This document shows, one piece after another, positions 36,957 through 49,098 of a DNA stretch of 64,000 nt. Position 1 is the stretch's first letter. Each line of letters opens with the position of its first letter. The translations under genes were made by a program, and so were the position numbers. The notes below the pieces were generated by a model. It worked only from the letters and a program-made list of their open reading frames with translations, was not told the DNA's origin and made no database searches. Origin of the DNA: Octopus sinensis (taxonomy: Eukaryota); the NCBI RefSeq assembly GCF_006345805.1, contig NC_043004.1:58094001-58158000 (forward strand), given 5' to 3'.

Positions 36957-37744
36957 ATTCATTGTTAACTAAAAGATTTAAAATTTGAATAAAAAAACAG
37001 AAAATGCGGAAATTTACATTCCAAAAGTTAGATCACATAACACGTATAGATACCAGATAGATTCAAGCACAATGAAAATACATTGATATTGAAAAGTAAA
37101 TTAACAGTTCACATTTACTTCTTTTTTTTTTCCAAACTGTATATAGAAATGTTGCAGTTCAAAGTCTGGTTAATAACTAAATTTGAACTAGTTTCTTCTA
37201 TTTTGATGTTAGTTACTTTACCAAGCCTTCACCTCCGACACTTCGGCTGTTGTTAATGTTTTTTTGTTTTTTTGTATTATTGCTGTTAATACTATTTTCG
37301 TACTATTGTTTTCTGTAACAATTATCCGATCAAATGAACTTCGAAATAGAATATTTTATATAGAATTGAAACATTGTTACAGTTTTGGAACACTGGAGAT
37401 TGAGCACACACTAAACAGCCAGGGCAACCAATAGTTCTATTTTAGAACCCAATGATATCGATTACTTAAATAGATGCAAGGCTCCCAGCATGAGGAATAA
37501 GGGTAGGTGATCAAATTGACTCCATTACTCATCTGGTACTTATTTTCTTACACCCCAGAAAGATAAAGTTAAAGTTGACGTCAGCGTGATTTGAACTCAG
37601 AGATAAAGATAAATCCTATTTGTGTTGAGTTTGGCTCCAGTATCGATAAACTAAGCACCATTAAGATACGAGATCTGTTTTAGATTAGACTGGTTCGATA
37701 CCAGATGCTTGGTTGACGGCAAGATTGTAGAATTTTACATGTTC

Positions 37745-37956
37745 AAGGCGACGAGATGGCAGAAACGTTAGCACGCTGGGCGAAATGCTTAGCAGTATTT
37801 CGTCTGTCTACGTTCTGAGTACAAATTCCACAGAGGTCGACTTTGCCTTTCATCCTTTCGGGGTCGATAAATTAAGTACCAGTTGCATACTAGGGTCGAT
37901 CTAATCGACTGGCCCCCTCCCCCAAAATTTTGGTCCTTGTGTCTAAAAGTAGAAAA
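37745..37956 (+). mobile_element. SINE family B, tail type 2
   Basis: B head and central domain, then ggccccctccccaaaattttggtccttgtgtctaaaagtagaaaa instead of tail 1. Confidence 0.85.
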
Positions 37957-38989
37957 ATTGTACATGTTCAGTTTAAATATAAAGAATCATTAAAACAATT
38001 AAAAAGTTAACTTTACCTATCTTCTCATTTTCAGGAAAAATAGACACTATGTTAGGTACCTTTTTAACTGAGTAAATTATTAAAATTTATGTTACTCTTC
38101 TTCAGCAAAGGCTTAGTAAATAATCTTTTAATGATGTTTAATTAAAATATATTCATTGCTTTTTATTTCGTTTATCCAAATAGATTACTTGATAATTATT
38201 GATCGTGTTCTTAGGGATATCGGAAAATGATGACGTGGTAGTAGGAATGCGTCGTAATTCTGAAATGAAGTATAACGCAAAAGAAAAAAATATCAAATAT
38301 ATCAACAAATATATAATATATAAAAGTACATAATTTATTACCAAGTATATTATGCTACCAAATTGTGATTGAAATAACGTTATAATAGAATATTTTTCAA
38401 ATTCTGCAAAATGTTTTATTTCATGAAGTCATAAAACTACTGTGTGACAGACATATAGATGAACGGACGGTTTGAGAAACGCAGCTCTTATGATAAAGCT
38501 CTTGTAATATAGATTGAATAAATCAACTGAAACCCATTTTGCTTCTGTCTTGTCAAGAACGATACTTTTGTACAATTGTGTGCAAGCCTGGGCAAGTATT
38601 TGTTCTTTGGGAGGGAGGGGCTAAAGGAAGACTAACAATTGTCACGCATGCAAGTCTTAGTTCTCTACATCACTGATGGTTATCTGAGGGAAAGGCAGCC
38701 TACTTGGATCGGTAGAGCTTGGCACTAGTGTCGTTGCAGGCATCATAGTCAGAGCTGCAAAGCGCCAGGACAGATACTGCAAGGCAACTTTCTGTTCCGC
38801 CATAAGCAGTTCCATCAATCCAGGCTCTAAATTAGTGCATTTTTATCGACTCCGAAAGTAGGAAAGTGATGAAATAAACAACTAATGAAATAAACAACTT
38901 CTTTTTCCATAGTTTCCCTTTCTTTACTGTGAACTTTGGATTTGATCCATGGACCGCTTAATTAACTTTCTATCCATAACCTTATAAAC

Positions 38990-40170
38990 CATTACATTTT
39001 GCTGAACGCTCTTTTTTTCTTAGTATTTTTGCTTCGTTTCCTTGATCATCTGCTTCCTTTCCTTCAAAGAGCGGTACCAGATCTTCTGTCAGCATCTAAT
39101 TATTTCTTATGAACGCTCATTAACTACATGTCTAGACAATGTCCAGTCTTTCACAACCTTCTGGTCAGTTTCATTTGATGCAATCTGTTATTGAGTAATT
39201 GATATTCACTGAGGGTCGTGGTGTCGTTCAGCTTATTAACGCCATACTAGTTGTATGATTTATACTCGCTTCTCTGAAATGTTAGCTCCAGTCTGTTTTA
39301 TTTTTCCGATGTTAGTGAATTGATCCAACGTCATCTCAACACCAATTCCATTTGGCGTTAGTTGATACAAACATCTTCATTTTATTTCCTTGCTGTTACT
39401 GTCTGATCACCACCATCCCCATTAAAAAAGACCAGAAAGAAATTTAAGAGATATTTCTACATAAGTTATTGCTAAGAAGCAAAAGAGATGATATAATATT
39501 CCGTCGTTTCCCACCCTTTTCCCAAGCAGTGTGTTGTGATCCAGTTTGTACTACTGACAACCTGCACATTTATATTACCAATTAGCAACTTCACGTTGTT
39601 ACTAGAAATTTATTGAGTGTCCATCAGAATGGAGACTGAATTGCTATCTCTCCCAGTACTTGTTTTCAGCCGGTGCACACATCCACACGAGGATTTTATG
39701 TATACGCAGAAGAATTAGAGCGATGTATTAACAAGGTAATCATCAATGGCTTTACCACCTTGAATGTGGTTTTGTCTTCTTGTCTTGTAACGGCATTCAC
39801 CCGGGGAGGGGCGAGGTCAAGCCGGTTCCTCATGAGTTCACCACGTCACGTTTCTTTGTGAGTTCATAGGAGTTTTAAGGGATGATCAGAGTCCGTGCAA
39901 ACAGTTCCCGTCTGTAATCGTAAGCCACTATACACGACCGATGCCAGGTCGTACTCGTGTTATGCCTTCTCATTGCAGGATGCCTGCAGACGCGATCCAA
40001 CGCCATCAGGAAACCGCCGGATTCTGGAACAGACGCCACCGGGAGTTCACTATTGCCCTCCGGCTAGTCGGGTTGTGGCCCCAGCACAGCCGGTGTCCGC
40101 TTTGGGTGGCTCTGATACTCATTCATTTAACCTTCCCACCACGATGAGGTCAAAGGTTGGACTTTGAGGA
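38990..40170 (-). mobile_element. Highly decayed, internally deleted RTE-type LINE (5' UTR, APE and RT relics)
   Basis: GC-rich 5' region 39800-40170; KLLIGNINVQV (GDFNAQVG-like, ~39560-39600); LDQFTNIG (VDQFTYLG-like, ~39310-39335); GHCLDM and GKRSR-like near 39060-39150. Confidence 0.4.
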
Positions 40171-40553
40171 AGGTATGTGGTGTTTATAGGGTACTGGCAA
40201 GAGAATTCTTTTTTTTTAATATAAAAAAAACAATCACTATTTAATTGAACTAATTTTATGCATAGTATTGCTTCTGCTTTTCCATTTCCAGTTTACATTT
40301 TCATTTAGTATTCAGTTATAATCTTCAATATATTTCTTTAGTATTCAGTTGTTCCCCTTAGTATTTAGCTATACGGTCGAATAATGTCTATGATAATATA
40401 AGCATATGCATGATGCGACACTTTATGTATGTATAGTACAGAGAACAGTCATTCGCGAGGATGTATGGCTTGGTAAAATGTTCACTGCTTTATTACAATT
40501 GCAATTACGAAAAGACATAGACAATTTCTCGACCCTTCATGCTTCACCCAGAA

Positions 40554-40896
40554 CAGTGGTTCTCATCCGAGGTCTATATGGCCCCTGGGAGTCAATATAA
40601 GATTTTGCGGGGATCCACGCAACAAAATAAAAACCTGGGTATCCAAAATAGTATTTTAAGGGCCCCTAAAATAATTTTGCTTTCGATATATGTGTTGGTA
40701 TGTCTTGTAAGAAACAGCGAGATTTCATTTTCTCATATTTTACATGAGAAAACCTACACAAGTGAATGTGTGAAAAAACAAAATAGGGATTTTGAAAGAA
40801 ATTTCTACAAAACTAGTTCTTAAATATCGAATGGTTATGGGGGTCGGCCCGAATTAAAGTGGTGCATAGATAAAAAAAAATGGTTGAGAACCCCTG
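40554..40896. mobile_element. hAT (Charlie-like) MITE
   Basis: TIRs cagtggttctcatcc / ggttgagaacccctg (13/15 match); TSD decayed. Confidence 0.65.
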
Positions 40897-41919
40897 ATCT
40901 GAGGGAATATCCGAGATGTGGGAGCTGGACAATGAGAGACAGAGACAAACAGATGGACAGGAGAGAGAGGTCTCTCTCTCCAGCACAAGGACGTGTTGTT
41001 AAAGTCATATCTTCAATGCAGCCGAGCAGAGTAGAGTAACATAAAATGAATGGCTTTGTTCAAGGTATCCAATCTTGCAGGGCCCAACTAAAACACACAT
41101 GTCTACGCCTTTGTGTGCGTGTGTGTGTGTACGAGTGGATGAATACGAAAAGAATTTTCTCTCGATTTTCAGTTAGGTGAAAAGGTTGTCCCCACGCCCA
41201 CGACTTTTTACGGCTCTCCCGAGACTAATGAGAGAGAGGGAGGAAAGTAGCCTAAAACCAGAAACCTGGCTCAAATATTTGCAACAGAGTAGACTCCACT
41301 GAATACACCCGGTGTGTCATGTGGTTGTGTTACATCGCGTAGCGAAGTAAGTCGTCTAGCTATGAAGGCCATAGTGTGATTTGAACTCGGAATACAACAA
41401 CTCGGAACAAGTTCTGCAAAATATCTGGTCGAACATTCTTATATTTCAGCCAGTCTACCACCTTGGATAGGTACTTATTTTACCGACTCCAAAAAGACGA
41501 AAAGGCAAAGCTGACCTCGGCAAGGTTTGAACTCAGAAAGTTGTTACAAACACCGCGAAATATTTTGTCCGATAATCTCACGATTCTGCCAATCCGCCAT
41601 GATGAAGGTTGATATTATTTGTCCAGCAACTGGTATATCATTGATTTCTTGCGTTGATTTCTCTTACATATAGCAATTGAGTATATTCAGTCGATTCAGA
41701 GGAAGAGTTATTGTAGTTCAACTTCCTATCAGATATATATTTCTACACGTACTACTATTATCTCCCTTGTCTGTCCTCAAAGAGATATAACTAATAGCTT
41801 TCGATCAAATGAAGTGTCACGCTGCGATGGGAATTTACTGCAGTATTGTTTGTGTGTAAAAGCGAGCTCTCATATGAGTGAGATTCTATCTGCATCAGAT
41901 GGTGGGTGAGTGTGTGTGT

Positions 41920-41958
<39 letters not shown>

Positions 41959-42082
41959 TTCTAAAACATTCGCTGAAAGGTTTAACATTAAATACATTAG
42001 TGTGTATGTGTATGTCAGCGTATGAGTATATAACACACACAACCACACATACATGCACACAAACATACATATATATGCATAA

Positions 42083-42131
<49 letters not shown>

Positions 42132-43249
42132 CAGGAGTGGACAAAATAATAGGAACACCTTAAAATTTCAAACAAATTTATTTTAATATGGGGTATTATT
42201 TTAATATGGTGCATTTTCCAAAATGCACCATAAATGTTCAATAATATTGAGGTCTGGGGACTGTGGTGGCCAGATAAGATGTTCAATTTCACTAGAATGT
42301 TCCAGTGCCATTCAGTAACAACATTCAAGATGAGAATTGCTACATTCTCATCTTGAAAGATTGTGTTTCCCTCCGGAAGCAGTTCCGCAACCATAGGATC
42401 AATTGGATCAGATAAAATGCTTACATAGTCTAGACTATTAATTTTGACATGAAGTGAAACCATTGGGCCGGCAGATTTCCAAGATATAGCCCTTCCCAAA
42501 TCATCACAGATCCTCCTCCATGTTTAACAGTTGGTCAAATGCTTCTTTTAGCTGTCTCCATACGTATACTCGGTCGGTGGTCGGAAATAAAGTAAAAGAT
42601 GACCCGAGAAAATAACATTCTTCCACTCCTCTAGGGACTAATTCTGTAGGTTTTTACTCCATTCTAAACGCTTTGCAACGTTTGTTTTGAAAGTAGTGGT
42701 TTTTTGTTTGCAGCCCACCCATGAAATCGAGCTTTGTACAGCTTCTGGCAAACAATTTTTGTGGAAACTGGGTTCTCGAGGTGATCATTAAGCTCTGCAG
42801 TAATTTTGGGAGCTGTACTTTTGTGATCCTTTCTAACAATTCGTGTAAGAGCCCGACGGTCCCTATCTACTATCTGAAAGTTTTGGTTTTCTTCCAGAGT
42901 TTTGTTTCGACGAGGAGGTTTTTCCCTCTTTCTCAAAGGTTGTCATTACTTTCTTAATACTTCTTAATACACCAAACATTTCGGCTGTTTTCATTACGTT
43001 AGCGCCTGCCATACGAGCACCAACAATTTTACCTCTTTGAAAGTCCGATACATCTGTAATTTTCATGAATTTTAATTACCTTTTTCTGATAATTTCTAAA
43101 AAGAAACAGCAATTTTAGCAAATAATATTAAGCAACACTAATAATAAATCAAAAAACATAAAAACAAACAAGCTTTTGACAGTTTTATAGATATTTCAAA
43201 AGTATGATGCCATGATGCTAGGTGTTTCCATTATTTTGTCCAACCCCTG
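42132..43249 (-). mobile_element. Tc1-family transposon, non-functional, C-terminal deletion
   Basis: ~30-bp TIRs caggagtggacaaaataataggaacacct / aggtgtttccattattttgtccaacccctg; left TA; frameshifted transposase pieces SDFQRGKIVGAR, RKDHKSTAPKITAELN, IFQDEN, WPPQSPDLNIIEHLW. Confidence 0.9.
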
Positions 43250-44972
43250 TGTATATAAACACACACAAAATATGCGCGCGCGCACACACACAATGTTCAA
43301 CCTATGGTGGAAAAAGACTGGCGTTGTATCATCGAGTCCAAGACTTGGTTCCGTGCGAAGTTCTAAATACGTACAGAACTTGGAAGTACTCTGTTACAAG
43401 ATGTGAACCTTAGAAAGGAATTAATAAAATACAGCAAGATTCGGCTTTTAGTTGGCAAACCCAGCAGTTTCAAAACGGCTTTAACTTGCCAAGAAAGAGA
43501 GTGAAACATAAGCATGTGTCCTGCTGTGGTCTCAGCGAGATAATTATGCATTATCAATCCTGCTCCATATAATCTATCTCTAAATAACCCTGATCTGTAT
43601 TTGTGAAACTTGAGCCGATCTACAGTCACTAAGTAAATACATAAATTGTTGCTCATTTCCTGACCACTTTGCATTAGATTAGAATACACTCGATCAAATG
43701 ATCACTCACTTTTTCTTTAACTTATACAAGGAAAAACAAGTGACCCTAAAATTAGGTTGTTCTATAAATATAGCCTTAAATATAACCAGAGAAAATATGG
43801 GTTTCTGTTTAAAAGTTGAGAAGCTGTCCGTTGCAAATGAACCAAATGGAGAAAAACACCACATAAAGCATTCTATAATTGCAGTTAATACCTTTAAAGC
43901 AAAAGTAATCCTAGTCTCAGAGGAGCTTCCAGAAAATATGAGCATTCTATAGTACATCATGTTTTTGCCTCTTCTTTGTTGCTTCTCACATTGGGAAACA
44001 TCCTAGTGTAGGATAACTTCAGCAAGAACATCGGTGATTACCATTCCTTCAAATCAGATGTTGCAGAATCTTTTGCAGTATGAAAAAGAATCATTTCTTT
44101 CTCTTGTTTCTCCGTAGAACATACTTCAAAAAGTCAAATGTTGAAACTTATATCTCAGATTTGCTGATGTCTGCCACTTTGTAATAAGTATGGAAAAAGC
44201 AGGAGTAGGTCAAAACGATGTACAGAGTGAATGGACTCTAGACATTAACAAGTGTGCGGGTGTAAAACCTTACGCATCCTGAATATCTGAACTGCTTCAA
44301 TAAAATCGATTAACTCCACAAGTACAACGATCACGTTGAGTAGGATACGGATAGGATATGTTGAGTAGGTTACTCTTTAACAGGTCATAGCAGCATATGA
44401 TTACATGGAGTTGCCAGATTCATAAATTAGATTACAGAACTACAAGAAGCAACGTCCATGAAACCTAATTACAAACCCGAAGCGTCCACACCGAACAACC
44501 AAGATAACTGAAGTCGAAGAAACGTCGGTCTTCTATTATTAAAATAAAGGACTAGATTTTTGTGGTCATTGGAAAAGACTGGAAATGTATGAAGGGAAAA
44601 TAGAGAAGTGTTAAAAAGCAATTGTATACTGAAAGATTAAGAAGTTACTTTCGAAAACTTTTCAATTTTTCGATCTTATTATTTACCCAGTATGATATTA
44701 TAGGGGTGTGAATTAGTAACTGACTTTAAATTGTATTTTCTAGTTATTTAATGAATATTTTCCTTCTCGTCATCAATAAATATCTAAACTGTTATACTGC
44801 ATTAATACCAAAACACAAAAAAAAAATACAAAACAAAGTAGCAGCATGTGGCTACAGTATCAGTAATTTAAGTTAAAGATAGACCCGTCGGTATTGGTAA
44901 CCCTTCATTAGACCCTCCCTGTGCAACAATCATGCAGTGCATATGTTCGTGTATATATTCATACATACGTAT

Positions 44973-45027
<55 letters not shown>

Positions 45028-45146
45028 TGTGTGTGTGTGGTGTGTGTGTGTGTGCATGGGTTAAAGAACATTTAAATGTTAGAAAACCTTTACAATGCGA
45101 GGAAGTTATAAGGATGTCTATGGAGTGTAGATGTGTATATATATAC

Positions 45147-45196
<50 letters not shown>

Positions 45197-45300
45197 ATAT
45201 GGTATATACGTATATTTGCATGCGTACATATGTATGTATGTGTAAGTGTATATAGAAGTAGATGTACATGTACTCTTGCATGTATATATATATATATATA

Positions 45301-45534
45301 TATTTCTTTATTACCCACAAGGGGCTAAACACAAAGAGGACAAACAAGGACAGACAAACGGATTAAGTCGATTACATCGACCCCAGTGTGTAACTGGTAC
45401 TTAATTTATCGACCCCGAAAGGATGAAAGGCAAAGTGGACCTCGGCGGAACTTGAACCTAGAACGTAAACGGCAGACGAAATACGGCTACGCATTTCGCC
45501 CGGCGTGCTAACGATTCTGCCAGCTCGCCGCCTT
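45301..45534 (-). mobile_element. SINE family B, tail type 1
   Basis: Full copy; tail abuts (TA)n. Confidence 0.9.
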
Positions 45535-46157
45535 GATGCATGTATATATATGTGTATGTGTGCATGCGCGTGCATGTGCAGATGATGCACATTCACACAC
45601 ACATATATACACACACATATTTACATCTCTTGATATGTGAAGAATAAAACGATTGAATGATAAAGTGGAAGAAAGTAATAAGAAAATATACGAACATACA
45701 CATGTTGGGTATATTCTATTAAATACCAAAATTATCTAAGAAATGCTTTCATCGTACCAGTCAATAAGCAATCATGAAATATAGGAACATTCCATGTGGT
45801 CTGCCCTGAGCAGTCAATAATCGATACCTCCTCGTTTCCTCTATGCTTCTTCGCCGTCTTACGCTATTAAAAACTACAGTTTGCCAGTGGGCGAAATAAT
45901 CTAAACAATATATCATTCATTGTAATACTGTTAATGCTTGTTTAGTGTTATTTTACGCTAAAAACTTGTTTCAGGAAATGTTTTTCTAATTCTGTTCACA
46001 TAAATCGTCCCCCATTATTTGACTGATATGTTATTTTATCGAAGTTGAAGGTTGCCCTTTGCAAACTTTGAAATCAGTCCATATAGGGCCATAACTGAAA
46101 AGCACACGCACACACAGATGCACACGCATTCATATATATATATATATATTATTATTA

Positions 46158-46204
<47 letters not shown>

Positions 46205-46208
46205 GTAG

Positions 46209-46327
46209 AAAAATACAAACTGGGACAAGAACGCAAAACATTTAGAAGACGATACAAAAAGCACGGACAGGACATTCGAAGCCTTCAATCTTCAGTCAAG
46301 AACCGGATCATCCTCGCAATTTCGGCT

Positions 46328-46329
<2 letters not shown>
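46209..46329 (-). mobile_element. Short 3' fragment of unclassified repeat 'G'
   Basis: Reverse complement aligns to 52655-52814 (gaaattgc..gactga.ga..cgaatg..gtatcgtct..atgttttgcgttctt.tccca.tttgtatttt); between microsatellites. Confidence 0.6.
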
Positions 46330-46358
<29 letters not shown>

Positions 46359-46772
46359 CCAGCGTGCGTGCATGCGCACATGTTTGTGTGTGTGTGAAAT
46401 AGTTTGTTTGGAAGTCTTTACTTTCAAATATAATGAATAATAAATAATTTAATTTGTTTCCTGGTATCCCTAAAATGGTACCCATTAGTGTCTGTTTAGT
46501 TGTATTTAACCACTTTACACTAGATCCTTCCCAAGCGGTATACCAACACCTATAGACATGACAAATGGGTAGGCTTGAACAGAAATTTTAAGAACTCCTA
46601 TTCTAAGGATTTTATAAATTCACTGCACTACGACATTTAGGGGGAAATATTGGTGACATTCCCGTTTAATTGTATACTAAACATCAATTCAGTTTTATGA
46701 GATGAAATAGGAAGACGAGACATTCGGGCAATTCTGAATGTACTAGAGATTGTCAATGTGATGTGGACACCC

Positions 46773-46807
46773 CTGATGAGAACCCAATAAGGTTCGAAAA
46801 TCGATTT
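46773..46807 (+). ncRNA. Hammerhead catalytic-core remnant (no stem I partner)
   Basis: CUGAUGA gaacc-caataa-ggttc GAAA atcgat UU; stem I complement absent; SINE A starts 20 nt downstream. Confidence 0.4.
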
Positions 46808-46826
46808 AAGTTGCTCGTCATTTTTT

Positions 46827-47000
46827 AGGCGTAGGAGTGGCTGTGTGGTAAGTAGCTTGCTTACCAACCACATGGTTCCGGGTTCAGTCGCACTGCGTGG
46901 CACCTTAGGCAAGTGTCTTCTACTATAGCCTCGGACCGACCAAAGCCTTGTGAGTGGATTTGGTAGACGGAAACTGAAAGAAGCCCGTCGTATTTATGTA

Positions 47001-47070
<70 letters not shown>

Positions 47071-47272
47071 TATATGTATGTATGTATGTGTGTGTCTGTG
47101 CTTGGCAACCGATGCTGGTGTGTTTACATCCCCGTCACTTAGCGGTTCGCCAAAAGAGACCGATAGAATAAGTACAAGGCTTACAAAGAATAAGTCCTGG
47201 GGTCGATTTGCACGATTAAAGGCGGTGCTCCAGCATGGCCACAATCAAATGACTGAAACAAATAAAAGAGTA
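46827..47272 (+). mobile_element. SINE family A
   Basis: All modules present. Confidence 0.9.
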
Positions 47273-47758
47273 TACTTATTCTGTAGAATACGAAGAAAAA
47301 ATATATTCTAAATAAAATGTTACAGTTCAACAGTATTCAAGCTGTTACTAATATTCACAAAGAAAGTCAGTCTAAACATTAATTGCACAATTTATGAAGG
47401 TATATGCATGATTTAGAAATATTTTTATCCGGTAGCATAGCGACGGTTGATGAACTAGTTCTGAAATTAATTAACGTTGTAATTGGTCCTATTGCATGCA
47501 GTAAACAAAAGCAAGTCACGAACTCAATCCGTTAGCAATTGATTGCAGTGTCATAGTTCTCGCTACTGTTGCACCATTAATGATTTCTAACCTGGGTAGG
47601 CTCAAGGTCATACGTTCTGAAATATAGAACTACTTAATTATATTGACCACAATATTTGATTGATACTTATCTTATCGACCACGCACTTTTGACAAGTTGT
47701 GGTGCACCTGAGCACTGTATACAATAATTTCATTATTATCATTATTATTATTATTATT

Positions 47759-48313
47759 GAGTGAGAGAGCAGTTCATGCCATCAAAGTGACACTGGGGTA
47801 CAAATATACGAAGCCCAGTATACCCATCATGACTACCCGTCTTATAAGGGTACACCAGGCACATGCATCGCAACCATATGTGCGCGACATGGTGATCTCA
47901 TATCAAGATAAACAGTACATGACCTTGCAGGTGGGGCCCAGTTAGAAATTTCTTCAGGTTGAGTAGCCCATCCTGCTCAAAAGGTCCCTGAATAAGGGTT
48001 GTTTAAGGATGTTGAAAGAACCACCCATGTTTCCAGAGGTGAATTATTCAAACCCCAAAGAATCCCTCTCAACACATGGCTATGATGCTCCCCCACTACT
48101 TCTGCTCGTGATCAGAGATGCACATATCGTCAGCCACTAAGGGACATGCTCAACTGGTTAAGGTCAAACAACTGACAAGCAAATCTGTGGTATTGAGCAG
48201 AATATTTGCTGTAGCCCATCTTTTATACCAAGACAAAACAATGTACATGATAACACTTCCAATCAGTTAAGATCAGAAGCCATGAGAGCCACTGCCTAGT
48301 ACTGCATCAGGGC

Positions 48314-48317
<4 letters not shown>
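47759..48317 (-). mobile_element. Unclassified ~560-bp element 'D' embedded in (AAT)n, longer copy
   Basis: Homologous to 59152-59569; (ATT)n on both sides; no ORF; strand inferred from the fixed versus variable end. Confidence 0.75.
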
Positions 48318-48363
<46 letters not shown>

Positions 48364-48583
48364 GAATAAATGGAAGGGTTGATCTGAGAAGGGTAAGTAC
48401 CAATCAGTCAGATATCACAAGGCATTGTTGTACCGAACTGTCCTCTAGTACTTCAGCTAATCAGTTTTATATAAAAGCAACCGATGCCAGCCTTACTTAA
48501 AATCGATTTAAAGTGTCCTCACATAGTTCTCACAAACGTGCACGCGAGCATACATACTTGATGTGGAAATGTTCGAGTACTCC

Positions 48584-48625
<42 letters not shown>

Positions 48626-48897
48626 AGCAAATCAAATGGCCCACTTACCCTGGAGCATTTCCTCTCTTTTTCTCTGTCTTTATATCCCCCGCTTTCCCAT
48701 TTTGCGTTTTTGTCCTCTGCCAATCTCTCCCTCTCTTTTTCTTTCTCCCTCTTTCCCCCTCTTCCCCTCTCTCTTCGTCTTTCTTCTAGTATTGTTAATC
48801 ACTCACTACCTTTCTCAAACTGCCAAATCTATTTCTTGAAGAAAGAAAAAGAAAATGCACCCGAAATGGGTTCATAGGTGGTGTTGTTCCTACAGAG

Positions 48898-49098
48898 CAG
48901 TGGTTTTCAACCAGGGTTCCGTCAGTACAGTCCAGGGGTTCCGCAAGAAGTTACAAAACTGCTAAAATCAGCAGTGATTTTTAAGTCTCCTGTGCAGATT
49001 TGTGTGCATAAGACTATTAAATTATTGCACAGGGGTTCCTTGAGCCAGTGGAATATTTCATTGGGGTTCCGCTCCAGCAAAATGTTTGAAAAGCACTG
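48898..49098. mobile_element. hAT MITE with perfect 8-bp TSD
   Basis: TIRs cagtggttttcaacc / gtttgaaaagcactg (13/15); TSD ctacagag at 48890-48897 and 49099-49106. Confidence 0.88.

Noticed and set aside
43706-44100. Possible hAT transposase C-terminus (ATDSFSTFKQ, resembling ERSFSTLK)
   Set aside because: Only one short motif resemblance; no TIRs or other blocks.
48230-48317. HDV-like ribozyme at the presumed 5' end of element D
   Set aside because: P2- and P3-like pairings can be drawn, but P1 is bulged and there is no room for P1.1, P4 or the catalytic J4/2 cytosine.
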